Shown: positions 14,251 through 27,298 of the stretch, piece after piece
How the letters are laid out: the number at the start of each line of letters is the position of its first letter
Position numbering within the stretch: position 1 is the first letter of the stretch
DNA from: Octopus sinensis
Taxonomy: Eukaryota
Length of the DNA stretch: 62,676 bases
NCBI RefSeq assembly: GCF_006345805.1
Contig: NW_021832390.1
Coordinates: forward strand, 1-62,676
Direction of reading: 5' to 3'
The notes under the pieces: model-generated
What the model saw: the letters and a program-made list of their open reading frames with translations, nothing else
Told to the model about the DNA's origin: nothing
Databases searched by the model: none
Made by a program: the position numbers and the translations under genes

Positions 14251-14664
14251 TATTATATATATGTATATATACCAGAAAAGAAGGAATGTATTTCCACATG
14301 CGTGGAAAATATGTGAGAATTTGTTGTTGAAAACGCACCTGAATTTGAAAAACTTTTAATTGTTTTTAAATAAATTCGTTTAAATACATAGCAAATTAGT
14401 TTCAACAGTTTTTTCTCTATCAATGTAGTGTAAACGTTTGGGATTTTAAAAGTTTTAAAAGTTTTAGCTGACCCCTGATTATAATTATGTTTATAATTAT
14501 AAACTATTTGTATAATTTTACCTATCAATGCTATTTCAACGTACCAAGCTACATAGTTAAATTATTAATTAATTGATTGATTGATTAATTAATTTAATTG
14601 ATTAATTTTACCCATTTATTATTAATTTGAAATTGCATATATATATATATGTGTGTGTGTATAT

Positions 14665-14920
14665 GTGTGTATATAGATATATAGATATAGTTATACACAT
14701 GCTATAACACCTGTGCGTGCGTGTGTGTGTGTGTATAGATATATAGATATAGTTATACACATTCTATAACACTTGTGCGTACGTGTGTGTGTGTGTGTAT
14801 AGATATATAGATATAGTTATACACATTCTATAACACTTGTGCGTACGTGTGTGTGTGTGTGTATAGATATATAGATATAGTTATACACATTCTATAACAC
14901 TTGTGCGTGCGTGTGTGTGT
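14665..14920 (+). repeat. Minisatellite, 4 units of ~62 bp
   Basis: Unit (gt)n-atagatatatagatatagttatacacattctataacacttgtgcgtac repeated four times. Confidence 0.9.
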
Positions 14921-16351
14921 GAGTGTGTGTGTTTTTCCTGTTAACTTATTCAATTTAATTTACATATTTCTAAAACGGTCTTTCTTTGTTCTTTTACGGT
15001 CTGAACGGATGCAGCGCAGAAAAGTCCGTGCAACTCACCCAAGGGCCAGTCGTAGGTGTTAAAGTGGACCGACAAGATTACGGTTTTACTCGTATCCTTT
15101 AGCGTAAATATTTCAACATCGCTGCTATTGTTGTACATACTTATTGTAAGTGATGTTGTTACTGATAATACAACCGCTGCCGGATGTTGATATTATGGTT
15201 CTGATGCTGTCGATGATGATGATGATGATGATGCTGTTCATTGCATTAAAGAATCTTAGTACAAATATTTGAAGTTCTTGCTTTAACCTTCAATTATCCA
15301 AAGTACTGCATCTTTTTGTCTTGTTTTGTTTTGTTTTTACTTAAACATCTTTCTTAAGAAAGAAATCGTTCTGTAAAGATGGAACATGTTGAGTTCTCTG
15401 CGTCGGTGTTGTTTTAGGTTTTTATGTGTGTGTGTATGTGTGTGTGTGTGTGTGTGTGTTTGTGTGTGTATGTGTGTGTGTGTGTGTGTGTTTGTGTGTG
15501 TTTGTGTGTGTGTGTGTGTTTGTTATCGCTCTTGTTGCTGTTGTTTTAGTATTTTCGTTTTTACTTTTCTTGGGTTTTTATGTTTGTATGGAATGGATTT
15601 GCTTTTTGTTGTTTTTTTTTGTTGTATTATATTATTTTAAACATCACTATTACGACATTCCATCGCGTTCGCTTCAAGTACAACGGATTCGATGATGATG
15701 GTGATAGTGATGATGACGACACCGATGACGACGGTGCTGATGATGAAGATGATGATGATGATGATATTATTGTATCCCCTCTTCCATGGTAACTCGTTCA
15801 TGTGGCATATATATTTATGTATGTGTGTGTATATATATGTGTGTGTGTGTATGCACACACATGCATACATAAATATATGTTTTATTCTCTATTTTACACT
15901 TTCATTTGGAAGGTTTCTTTTGTGAAAATAAAATACAACCATTTGCTTCTTTTAGCATTCTCGCACGAAATTAATCCTGTGCGCGTGCGCGAGTGCATGC
16001 GTGTGCTTGCATTCCTCTGTTGTGCGTTTGCGCATTTGCTATACATGGCATTCTGCATATGCGTACGTGTGTGAGAGTACATGTGTGCGTCTACACAACA
16101 GGAATACACGCACACATATACGTTACGTATATATAATAAATATACATATATATGTACATATATATGTACATACATATATATATAAATATATATATTTATA
16201 TACATATACATATATATATATATATATAAACACGCATATTTGTACATACATGTATATACAGACATAAATATGTATATATATAATAAATATATATATATGT
16301 ATATGAATATATATGTATAATATATACACACACACACATATATATACGTAC

Positions 16352-16392
<41 letters not shown>

Positions 16393-16588
16393 ATATATAA
16401 TGGAATATGCGGACAGACGTCTAAACATATAGACGCACAAATATATGTATGTATATATGTGTGTGTGTGTGTGTATATATACATATATATTCATATACAT
16501 ACATATTATAATATATATATTATATATATATATATATACATATTTATGTCTGTATATATATATATATATGTATGTACAAATATGTGTG

Positions 16589-16635
<47 letters not shown>

Positions 16636-17074
16636 TACATATCATTTCCGTAATCGAAAACCGTTTATTATTGAAATAATACCTTACAAATCATATGAAG
16701 CAACAGCTCTGTAATATTATAACTTAAGAATTTAATCACTTCTATTTTTATTTAATTATCTTCTTAGTTCTGCATTTAATTATTCAGTATTTTAATAAAC
16801 AACCACCGCCATACTTGATTGCATAAACAACATTCAGCAGCAAACAATATTATTATCTTTTGCTCTAATATTTACTTTTCATTACTGGAATCAATCCTTA
16901 TTTTGTCTTGTGGCTGTCGGAGTTAAGATCCGCTTACCAAATACAAATCTGGATTTAGCGATAATATTTATTTGTATTGGTTCATGAGAGAATCTTTCGG
17001 TTTACGGTGAAGACGTTCAAATTCTTTGAGTCACCCACCGAAATACTCGAACCTAAACATGTGAAAGCAGAACA

Positions 17075-17255
17075 GTGTGGGGCTGTAAAGGTCGTTTCAC
17101 AAACTCGTGGTTTGAGGCTCGTTTCCAGGGTGCGGCACCTGGTGTAAGTGTCTTCACGTTAAGTGCCTTGAACCGAATGATGCCTTTTGGGTGCATCAGT
17201 ACCTCATGGGTGAAGTCATTTGAGGAGGAAATTTGGAGGAGCCGTCGTATATGTG
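17075..17255 (+). mobile_element. Old, diverged CORE SINE related to family B
   Basis: gtgcggcacctggtgtaagtgtcttc resembles gtggcaccttgggcaagtgtcttc; ends gagccgtcgtatatgtgtg like family B. Confidence 0.55.
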
Positions 17256-17585
17256 TGCATGTGTATGAGTGTATTTGTGTGTGTGTGGGTGTGTGTGTGT
17301 GTGTGTGTGTGTGCGTGTGTGTGTGCATGTGTGAGAGCGTGTATGTGTGTGAGTGCGCATGTGTTTCTCTGTGTGTTTGTTCTTTTCCCAACGTTTGACA
17401 ACACGCAATACACACACAAAAATACAATAACCGAAACACACATATCGATAGAGAAGGGCAAAGGGGTATATAATAAATAGATATATATGTCTATATATGT
17501 GTGTGTGTGTGTATACCTTTATATACATGTGTATATATGTATGTATATATATATGTGTGTGTGTATATATATGCATGTATGTATG

Positions 17586-17619
<34 letters not shown>

Positions 17620-17891
17620 TATATAGATATATATGGTTGCTATTATGTTAAACTGTCGCATGTCCAAATTATGCCAAATGAGTTTTATTCAATATTTATT
17701 TTTGCTTGCAATAACCGGTTCTTTTAATCAAACTATCGTATCTCCAGCTGCTTCAATTGCCAAGATATCAAACATTTTGTACTAAAATGGTTTTGCTATG
17801 GAATAGTGAAATAATTTTTTTGTTTTCTGTGAAAGCAACATTTTGGATTTACGATACTTGTACATAATAAACAACATATATATATATATAT

Positions 17892-17977
<86 letters not shown>

Positions 17978-19074
17978 GAAAGAGAGAGAGAGAAATATAT
18001 CGATCATCATATCGTCGATATAAAAACTTGTACATAAGTTCGATTCAATGAATATAATTCCGTCTTTCCAACGATGCCGAGCTCTACCTCTGTTGTTGTC
18101 ACAAACACATTTCACTCAATAAATTTGTACTGTTCAAACCTGTTTAAATAACACACTTTTCACGTGCTGCTGATTCCGCTTTACCAATCCTTGGCTGGCA
18201 CCAACATGCTACCATCAAATCTATGAGTAGAGTAATCAAAGAGACGAAAAACCAGTTCGCTGTACACTATAGACATATAAAAATCCATTAATGATATTCT
18301 TTCATTAGCAGCATAAATCACAGCTTCATATCTGTCTGTATCAAACCTAAATATACGACAACTCTGACGTGTATTTTTCTCGTTAGCGAAACTAGGATAA
18401 CTATTTATTCATAGAAGTGCAGGGGAAAAACTGGGAGCCTCACATCAAACGGTTCAAAAAACGAATGATCTGTCATAAGAATTCATTTTTCATGTTTTCT
18501 CTGAAAGTTACAGGTTTTCTAGCAATATTTTCTCTTTCGGTTTATCTTCATATCTCTGTGCCTTTGTCTGTTCTCTGTAATATATGTTCATATGTTTGCT
18601 GCTGGTTCCCTCTCTGTAGGTGCCTTTATACGTTTGCCTCTGTTTATGCATTTCAATGATAAAAGAACCGATTCACAGATATACGCCACATTTAAGTGTA
18701 TGTGCAGGTTATGTGCACATAAACCACCCCCAATGCTTTTATGAATATTTACATATACTACCAGATATGATATCTGTATTATGTTATGCAATTTAGCATG
18801 TATAGAAATATGTATTTACACACATGCAAATCTACGTAATACATACGTCATATTTATGTATATATTTATATATACGTTAATGCACACATGTGTGATATTC
18901 TGAACAACCGTAAACATGTTTTGAGTTTGGTTTGTATTAAGACAGCAAAGGGTTGCATCTTATGTGTGAGAGAGATTAATGAAGATGTTTACCTCCATCA
19001 TCACATATCTTACTGGAATGGCAATAACAGTTCTGGGATCAAAGGCTAGTGATGTAAGAATAAAACGGCGAAAG

Positions 19075-19110
19075 TATAACAATAATGATGATGATGATGA
19101 TGATGATAAC

Positions 19111-19162
<52 letters not shown>

Positions 19163-19190
19163 TAATAATGATAATTATAATAATAATAAC

Positions 19191-19230
<40 letters not shown>

Positions 19231-19348
19231 GTAATGATGATGATGATGATGATGATAATAATAATAATAATAATAACAATAATAATAATATAATAATAAT
19301 AATATAGTAATGATAATAATAATAATAATAATACAATAATAGGAATAA

Positions 19349-19396
<48 letters not shown>

Positions 19397-19408
19397 TAAT
19401 AGGAATAA

Positions 19409-19469
<61 letters not shown>

Positions 19470-19509
19470 GTAATGATAATAATAATAATAATAACAATAA
19501 TAGGAATAA

Positions 19510-19572
<63 letters not shown>

Positions 19573-19578
19573 TAATAG

Positions 19579-19655
<77 letters not shown>

Positions 19656-19695
19656 TAACAACAATGATGATGATGATGATAACGATAATGATAAT
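19075..19695 (+). repeat. ~620-bp (AAT)n tract with higher-order duplicated interruptions
   Basis: Interruptions acaataataggaataa (x4) and atagtaatgataat (x2) recur at intervals. Confidence 0.95.
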
Positions 19696-19944
19696 AACTG
19701 CTTCAAAGTGTATATTGTGCCAATAATCGTTGTTGCCCTCGAAACAGCGATCAAAGAGATTAAAAATCGGTCGGAAAGATAGAAATAAAAATGAAAGTAG
19801 AGAACAGCATCACTTGATAGAGGAAAGAGTTTCAGCAAAGTGTTTGAGACTTGAAAAAAATAAACAATGCATCAGCTTAGTTCATGGGAAGTGAGCAGCT
19901 GGTACAGTAGTGACACCTCCAGCCGCAAGCTGAGGATGGTGGTG

Positions 19945-20084
19945 GTGATGGATGATGATGATGATGAGGAGGAGGAGGAGGAGGAGGAGGAGGAGAAGAA
20001 GAAGAAGAAGAAGAAGAAGAAGAAGAAGAAGAAGAAGAAGAAGAAGAAGAAGAAGATGAAGAAGAAGAAGAAGAAGAATATGAA

Positions 20085-20119
<35 letters not shown>

Positions 20120-20130
20120 AGAAGAAGATA
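19945..20130 (+). repeat. Compound (GAT)n(GAG)n(AAG)n microsatellite
   Basis: Direct sequence; source of the poly-D/E/K ORF 19867..20142. Confidence 0.95.
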
Positions 20131-20919
20131 TGGAATTACTGAAACGAAAGTGGCCGTCAAAAGAAGGGGATGTTCCAAGGAGATTTTATCTCCCCACTTT
20201 TTTTCTCTGTGTCACTGAAGATTAATTGTTCACAAAAACTGAACTAGGATGAAAAACAAATCACTAAAAGACACTCAACCATCTTTCGCATATGAATAAT
20301 TTCAAGTTTTACGGTGCAAATTATAAGTAATTAGAAACACTGCTGCAGAGAATGCACAGATTTCCTTGAAGAATACCAGGAAAATCGGATGCGCCCAAAA
20401 CGATATATCAGTCCAAAATCTCGATAATGTGTAGCTAAAAGAAGGGAAAAATTATTAAAATATAAATATTATGAAATAGAGATAACCTGATTGGGTGGAG
20501 AATGAAAAAGGATATGCTACAGAATTATGAAACTAGATGCCATATACCTGACCAACAAAACACGTGACCAAAACTACAAGACTTACCAATATGGACAACA
20601 TATATAAAATATCTCTACAGATTACGTAGAAAATTGTTATGACTATTACTGCTGTGACTGGGTACTCCGTCGGTTGCGACGACGAGTTTTGTAGTTGATA
20701 GATCAACGGTACGGCGTCCTCGTGCAAGTGGTTGAATATCCCTCAGATACGCGCACACTGAACGTCGTGGTGGTGTTGGTGGTGGTGATAGTGGTGGTGT
20801 TGGTGGGGAGTAGTGGTGGTGGTAGTGGTAGTAGTGGTATTTGTGTTGGTGGTAGTGGTGGTGATGGCGGCAGCGGCGGTGAGATCGGGGTGGTATACAT
20901 AATGATGATGATGATGTCC

Positions 20920-21445
20920 ACATTTAAAACACACTATATCCACAAGCCCACCCTATAAAATGCAACCAAGATGCACAACGCTTTCTAAAATCGTACACAC
21001 CACACTAAAATCTATAGAGAAAACATTACAAGACTCCAAAAGCCTTGGTCGATGCAGAGAAACCACTAGAGACTGTGGCTCAAACATGCAACACACTACA
21101 ACAACTACAACCAATACTCCACATATACACCACACCATAACCAACAACTACCTCGTACCATAGATTGGTTCTCCTACACCTGCTTCTCTTTATTATCGTT
21201 ATTCACACAGCATTATCAACTCAGAACTAGCAAGTTGCCACTTTAATCAACCTCCTCCTTTAATAGTCCCACCACGCTTCTTTCAACAGCTCTGCTCTGT
21301 CTAACGCACCAAAGATCTCATCTGACACTTTCCCTCACCGAACTCTAGACCTTTCAAATTGCTTTCCTGGTCACGATTTTCCTACAGGGATAGATCTCCA
21401 TAAATTCAAAAGAAATATCAACCATACAGATTTCATTAGTCTGAG
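20920..21445 (+). mobile_element. Decayed 3' end of a CR1/L2/Jockey-group LINE ORF2
   Basis: Frame-broken translation SLYYRYSHSIINSELA ... TFPHRTLDLSNCFPGHDFPTGIDLHKFKRNINH parallels the typical C-terminus SLFYRY..CSSEL...SFFPRT..LWN.LP...FP...DL..FK..VN. Confidence 0.55.
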
Positions 21446-21855
21446 AGTCTGAAAAGACATTTAAAGATCATATCCACCCATCCCTTTCACAAAGTCAATG
21501 CAAAAAATAAATCTAACATTCATAAATGTTAAAGATGTTCTAGAATATGACACTGTAGATCGATATACGAATTTGTATCATTTCTTTTCAAGTCCCATCT
21601 TTCAAGCATGCATATCAATTGATTTTTGGTCGTATAAAAGCCCTAAATTCCAATATTCTAGATTTTAGAGAAAATTCGATTATCATTTTTATAATATATT
21701 TGTGTGTTTCTGTTTTGGGATTAAATGGAAACTTCTGCATAAAACTTCGTTTATAAAAGATAAAATAAGACTTCAATACAGAGAATAATGAACATAAAAT
21801 AAAGGAAACATTATCGTGATATCTTAGTAAAAGCGATAATTAACTACTTAATCTA

Positions 21856-22417
21856 TTGGGTTGTCCGAAAAGTTCGTGCCGAGTTATAGTAGCTTGAGAC
21901 TTATTTTAGAACATGGTTGAGTCCATAAAAAAGGATTTCACTACACCTCCATTTAGAGCACAGTTTAAGCTATCTTTTAGTGGAAGAAGGTTTATGTTCC
22001 TATAACCTGTGTTAATTCTGTAACCCTTTAAAACGGAAGATAAGGAAGTTTATTTTCGGCACTTGATACTTTGGGAACCAGGCAAAAATTGCTGCAGCTT
22101 GGCTGGGATGTGTTACCCCACCCTCCATATTCACCAGATATTGCTCCTTCGGATTTCCACTTATTTAGGTCTCTGCAGAATAGTCTTAATGGTAAAAATT
22201 TCAATTCTTTGGATGACGTAAAAAGATACCTTGATGAATTCTTTGCCATGAAACCACCTCAATTCTGGGAAGAGGATATTTTCAAGTTAAAGGAAAGATT
22301 GAGACGCATCGTGCAACAAAATGGTTCATATTTGGTTGATTAAAAATGTAATGGCAAGTAGTTATTGACCCTTTTTCTTTCCTTTAAAAATTGGAACGAA
22401 CTTTCCGGACAACCCAA
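21856..22417 (+). mobile_element. Internally deleted mariner element, both TIRs intact, TA TSD
   Basis: TA|TTGGGTTGTCCGAAAAGTTCGT ... ACGAACTTTCCGGACAACCCAA|TA (1 mismatch in 22 bp); retains the transposase C-terminus. Confidence 0.92.
22071..22343 (+). pseudogene. mariner transposase C-terminal fragment
   Basis: QKLLQLGWDVLPHPPYSPDIAPSDFHLFRSLQNSLNGKNF carries the YSPD(I/L)APSD motif with the third catalytic Asp. Confidence 0.92.
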
Positions 22418-22547
22418 TAATTGGTATTAATACAGTATACATGTCACCTGATAAGTGTCCTTGTGATAATTTCTTCAAAATTATATTCTTTAAATATATC
22501 ATATTTAGTTTAATGTTATTTAGATAAATAAGGAATGGTAGATCTAC

Positions 22548-22748
22548 TCTTTTCGTTTCAAATTTTGACACAAGGCCAGCAATTTCGAAGATGTTTATAT
22601 CGATTACATTGAATTCAGTGTTTAACAGGTACTTATCGACCCCGAAATGGTGAAAGGCCAAGTCGGTCTCGGTGGACACAACTTAAAGCCAGACAAAATG
22701 CTGCTAACTTTTTGTGAGGCGCGCTAACCATTCTGCAATGCGCTCCGC
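22548..22748 (-). mobile_element. Diverged SINE family A monomer
   Basis: gacacaaggccagcaatttc...ggtacttatcgaccccgaaatggtgaaaggccaagtcg. Confidence 0.75.
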
Positions 22749-22857
22749 TTTTATAGATATATAATACTGAGACACACAACGGATGGTAAAGTAGCTAAAG
22801 TACTGGACAAATTTTGCATCAGGGAAGGAATTCTCGACTTCAAAATTGAACACAATA

Positions 22858-22969
<112 letters not shown>

Positions 22970-24408
22970 TCTATATATATATATATGCATCTATGTACAT
23001 TTACAAATATGTGTGTGTGAGAGAAAGACATAAAGAGAGAGAGAGAGAGAATATAAGTTGTACATAACATGATTTCATGCTCTGAATTGTTTGGTTGTAG
23101 AATTATATTTTTTTAGACTTTCCTTTCATCCTACTGTGGTCGATGAAAGAGAACCTAGTCAGGCCCTGCAGTTGATGTAACCAAGTACATCCTTTAGAAG
23201 TACTGCGTGATATTGTACTTCTTTAAAACTCATTATTTTGGAAACATAATTACAATGGTGAAGTTGAAGAGAAGCCAGACTGTCTGACTGAATATGATTA
23301 TCAATAAACATTTCTGCTCTTGAACTTTCCGAGTTCAGATTCTGCCCACATCATTCTCAATACATAAGTGGTATCATAAATACAACTTATGAACTACATT
23401 GATTATATTCTTATCAAAAGACTTTGATTTGTCTCTCACTACAGAAATCAAAGTAAATTACAAAACATTTGAACGAGTAAGTTATAAACTATATTGGAAT
23501 ATATGCACATTCGCTTGTGCATATATACATACACTGGTGTCGAAACCATAATGATATCCTTGGGGCAGCTGATGGAGGTATGCTGGATTGTTGGTACGAC
23601 TGTGAAATAGTATTATAACACATCATTTTGATATATATATATGTATGTATGTATGTCCTGGGGAAATACTCATTACAAGAGGAGCATACTTCTTGCAAAA
23701 CTCAAATAGAAGAGAAAAGTAATACAATTTTTTATTTGAAATTACGATACTTGTGAATGAGTAGAAGCAGTAAGATTGAATCTAGGACAAACATATTGAA
23801 ACACAAATAATTCAATGCTTGTTCACATTTTTGATATGTTTAAATGTTTATATGATAGACTGGCGCAAACTTATAAACATGTATATGTATGTGTATGTAT
23901 GAATGTATGTATGTATATATATACATATATATATATATTTATTTATTTATATATACATACATACGTGCATACATGCATGCATACATTTATATGCATATGT
24001 ATGCATGTATGTATATATATATATGTGTGTGTGTGTATGTGTGTGTGTCTGTGTGTGTGTAGTACTATTTCTTTTTATGTTCATTTCTAATGAAAACCAT
24101 TTTTCCCATTAAACCTGATGAGTTTCTCTGTATTTTTGTAGAGTAAAGATGTATTAATCTTAAACAAGAACGTTGTTGACAGTGACTTCTAAGCCATCGT
24201 CGAACTGTCCAGCAATGGATCAGCTGGTTGGAACTTCGAAGTTACCGTCAACAACATTCATGTACAAAATAAGACATATTCGCAAGCGAATCCACTACAT
24301 TTCAGTTGATAGACATGTTTCTTCGTGATTTCAGAAATATCTTATAAAGCAAGAGCCTAGATGATGTTTCTACAGGAATATTGATTTCAGGTTATAGCAC
24401 AAGGCCGG

Positions 24409-24775
24409 CAATTTCGAAGTAGGTGTAAGTCAAATGCAACGAGCCTAGAGCCCAACTGGTAGTGATTTTATCGACTCCGAAAGGATGAAGGGTAAAGTCG
24501 ACCTCGGCAGAATTTGAACTCTGAACATAAAGACGGACGAAGTAACACTGTCGATTCTGCTTCCATAAATTATTACAGAAATGTTGCTGTTTCAAAGGCT
24601 GTGATCTGTCAGAATCGTTTCACGCCAAGCAAAATGTTTAGCGGTATTTCGCGTCTTCACCTTCCACAGAGGCCGACTTTACCATTCATATTTTCAGGGT
24701 CAGATGAGAAGTGGGGTCAGTGCAACCTAACATCCCTAAAAGTTTCCGGCCTTGTGTCTTTAGTAGAAAGGATAT
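24409..24775. mobile_element. Two diverged SINE family A copies, head to head (- at ~24409-24550, + at ~24600-24775)
   Basis: aaggatgaagggtaaagtcgacctcggcagaatttgaactc, and tttagcggtatttcg...ccggccttgtgtctttagtagaaagg. Confidence 0.7.
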
Positions 24776-24824
24776 CTCCGCTATCTCAAAAACCCACATT
24801 TAATTGCAAATGCCTCCATTCCTC

Positions 24825-24995
24825 CATTATTTACATTATTTGCATTTCATGGATATTTGTCCTCATCTTGTTTGTTGTTAACACAACGTTTCGGTTGATA
24901 TACCTTCCAGCCTTCATCAGGTGTCTTGGGAAAATTTCGAACCTGGGCTACTAACCCCAAGATTCCGAGCTCGATTCCAGGCAGTGACCTGAATG

Positions 24996-25032
<37 letters not shown>

Positions 25033-25188
25033 CAACAACAACATCGAAAAATACAATGACACCTGATGAGGGCTGGAGATTATATCAGCCGAAGCATGTT
25101 AACAACAAACAAGATGAGGACAAATATCAGTCAATTGTAAATAATATAAATAATGTACATAATTCCTCATCTCTTAAATATAGAACTG
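24825..25188 (+). mobile_element. Composite element H3: inverted hammerhead-bearing segment (24825-24947) + tRNA-like head fragment (24945-24992) + (AAT)n(AAC)n + direct hammerhead-bearing segment (25057-25188)
   Basis: gacacctgatga.ggctgga...aacaacaaacaagatgaggacaaatatc occurs on both strands; B-box-like GAGCTCGATTCC at 24967-24978. Confidence 0.75.
24881..24924 (-). ncRNA. Near-canonical minimal type-I hammerhead ribozyme
   Basis: Minus strand reads ACAC CTGATGA A GGCTG-gaaggtatat-CAACC GAAAC GTT GTGT. All core nucleotides are present; helix I ACAC/GTGT is perfect; helix II is 4/5 bp (5/5 in the + copy, CAGCC); palindromic ACGT helix III; predicted cleavage after GUU. Confidence 0.8.
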
Positions 25189-25723
25189 CCTACATTCCTG
25201 TAGCCAAGTAGAATATTTATCACATATGAAACTTGAGAGTCTGTGTACATTAGAGTCGATCAAGATGTCACTCACAATAACTAATAAACGAACTGAACCT
25301 TGTGCATTGAGCCGGCATAAAAGTACCCTAAATGGTACCCGAGGTGGTTTTTAACGGAGGAGAAACATCTCCTAGATGCTATTTTAATCATTATGTTGAA
25401 AGGAGTAAATGAACTTTTATTTGCAATGTACTCAATTATAAACGTGCTTTTAGCAGTAACGACGTCTTACATTTCTGATTCCCATTACAGGATATCAACT
25501 TAATGAGCCTCTGACAACTCGAAGGGATATGTACTGTCGTGTATATATGGATTTGCGCGCAGGCGTGAGAGAGAGAGAGAGGGAATGAGCTAGTGCGTCT
25601 CAGTGTATTTGCGTCTTTCTATCTATGGAGGATTTCAATTTAAATATTTTGGTGAAGAGAAACAAGAAAACTTAATTATAAAAAAAGAAAGTACATATTG
25701 TTAGAGTACGCACACACATCTAT

Positions 25724-25759
<36 letters not shown>

Positions 25760-26494
25760 CGTATTTACGTTTCTGTGCATATACGTAGAAATATATACCT
25801 GTATATACATATATACATACATATATATGCATATATATGCATGTCTGTAAGTATATAAGCGTATATATAAATAAACAGATATCTGTAAAAATAATTTTCT
25901 GCATATATATTTTTGTATAAACATGCATATATGTAAACACATATATATATATGTATGTATATATATATATATATATATAATATATATATATATACATATA
26001 TATTTACATATATATTTACATATATATATATTTACATATGAGTGTATATATATACATATATATATGTATACACGTGTACAACAATGTATGTATATATTAT
26101 ATATATATTTATACCAAGGAGGAAAATACAGAAGATGTTTAGAAACGGTTTAGAAAAAAAAAACTGCGTTAGAATCTGAAAAAAATATTTCGAAATTGCC
26201 CTTCATCTCATCTCTAAGGCGGTATATACGATGGAAGCACTTATGTAGCATTGCTGCATCTTACCAATAATTCTACAGACACTGAAATCGATCGATTATT
26301 CATATATTTAATAATTTATTTCTTTTGCTTCTTCTGAAATGCAGCTGCAACCATAGAAGATTAAAAGATGCTGAACGTGGTACAACATTCTGCTCCAAGA
26401 CATTATCACCAATTCATAGCTTCTCTTTATGATTTTGCCATGAAGATTTTAAGACTCGTTTTTTTTTTTACTCTTTTCCCCCTCCGCCTCCTCC

Positions 26495-26780
26495 TTTTCT
26501 TCTTCTTCTTCTTCTTCTTCTTCTTCTTCTTCTTCTTCTTCTTCTCTTCTTCTTCTTCTTCTTCTCTTCTTCTTCTTCTTCTTCTTCTTCTTCTTCTTCT
26601 TTTTCTCCTTCATCATCATCTTCGTCGACGTCGTCGTCGTAGTTCAGAAATTCTTCATCGTCTTATATTTTGTACTTTCTTTTTTCCCTTTTGTCTTTCT
26701 TCCTATCTTTCTTTCTTCCCTTTTTCTTTCTTTCTTTCTTTCTTCCCTTTTTCTTTCTTTCTTTCTTTCTTCCCTTTTTT
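26495..26780 (+). repeat. (CTT)n / pyrimidine-rich simple repeat
   Basis: Direct sequence. Confidence 0.9.
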
Positions 26781-27148
26781 CCGTCTTTCTCTTTTTTCTA
26801 TACTTATTAATTGCCATTCAACCGTTCAGATAGAGTTAAGGGGTGAGTTATTGGGTGTTTTGTGTTTTAGTGGAATCAGCGTGGGTTAGGGTCGGCGGGT
26901 CTTGTGTGGGCCTGCTGTTTGCACTCAATATTACAGCACCATTTGATTACAGTGCCGGTTTATCTCTCAGATATTTTTCAATCCAACAAATTAGTTCCCT
27001 TTCTCTTCTTTTATTTGTAGTGACTTGATTCTTTTTCAACACATTTCTGACATTATATACATATATGTAGCTATATATAATACATGCATATATACATATA
27101 CATACATATATTCATGCATTTGTACATATATAACATACATATATATAT

Positions 27149-27192
<44 letters not shown>

Positions 27193-27193
27193 G

Positions 27194-27279
<86 letters not shown>

Positions 27280-27298
27280 GACATATAGATAGATAGAT

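Noticed and set aside
15008-15103. SVQLTQGPVVGVK.. resembling a carboxylesterase N-terminus
   Set aside because: The frame closes before the diagnostic GIPYA motif, and no other exons of such a gene are seen.
19867-20142. Acidic/basic D-E-K protein
   Set aside because: Entirely a compound GAT/GAG/AAG microsatellite.
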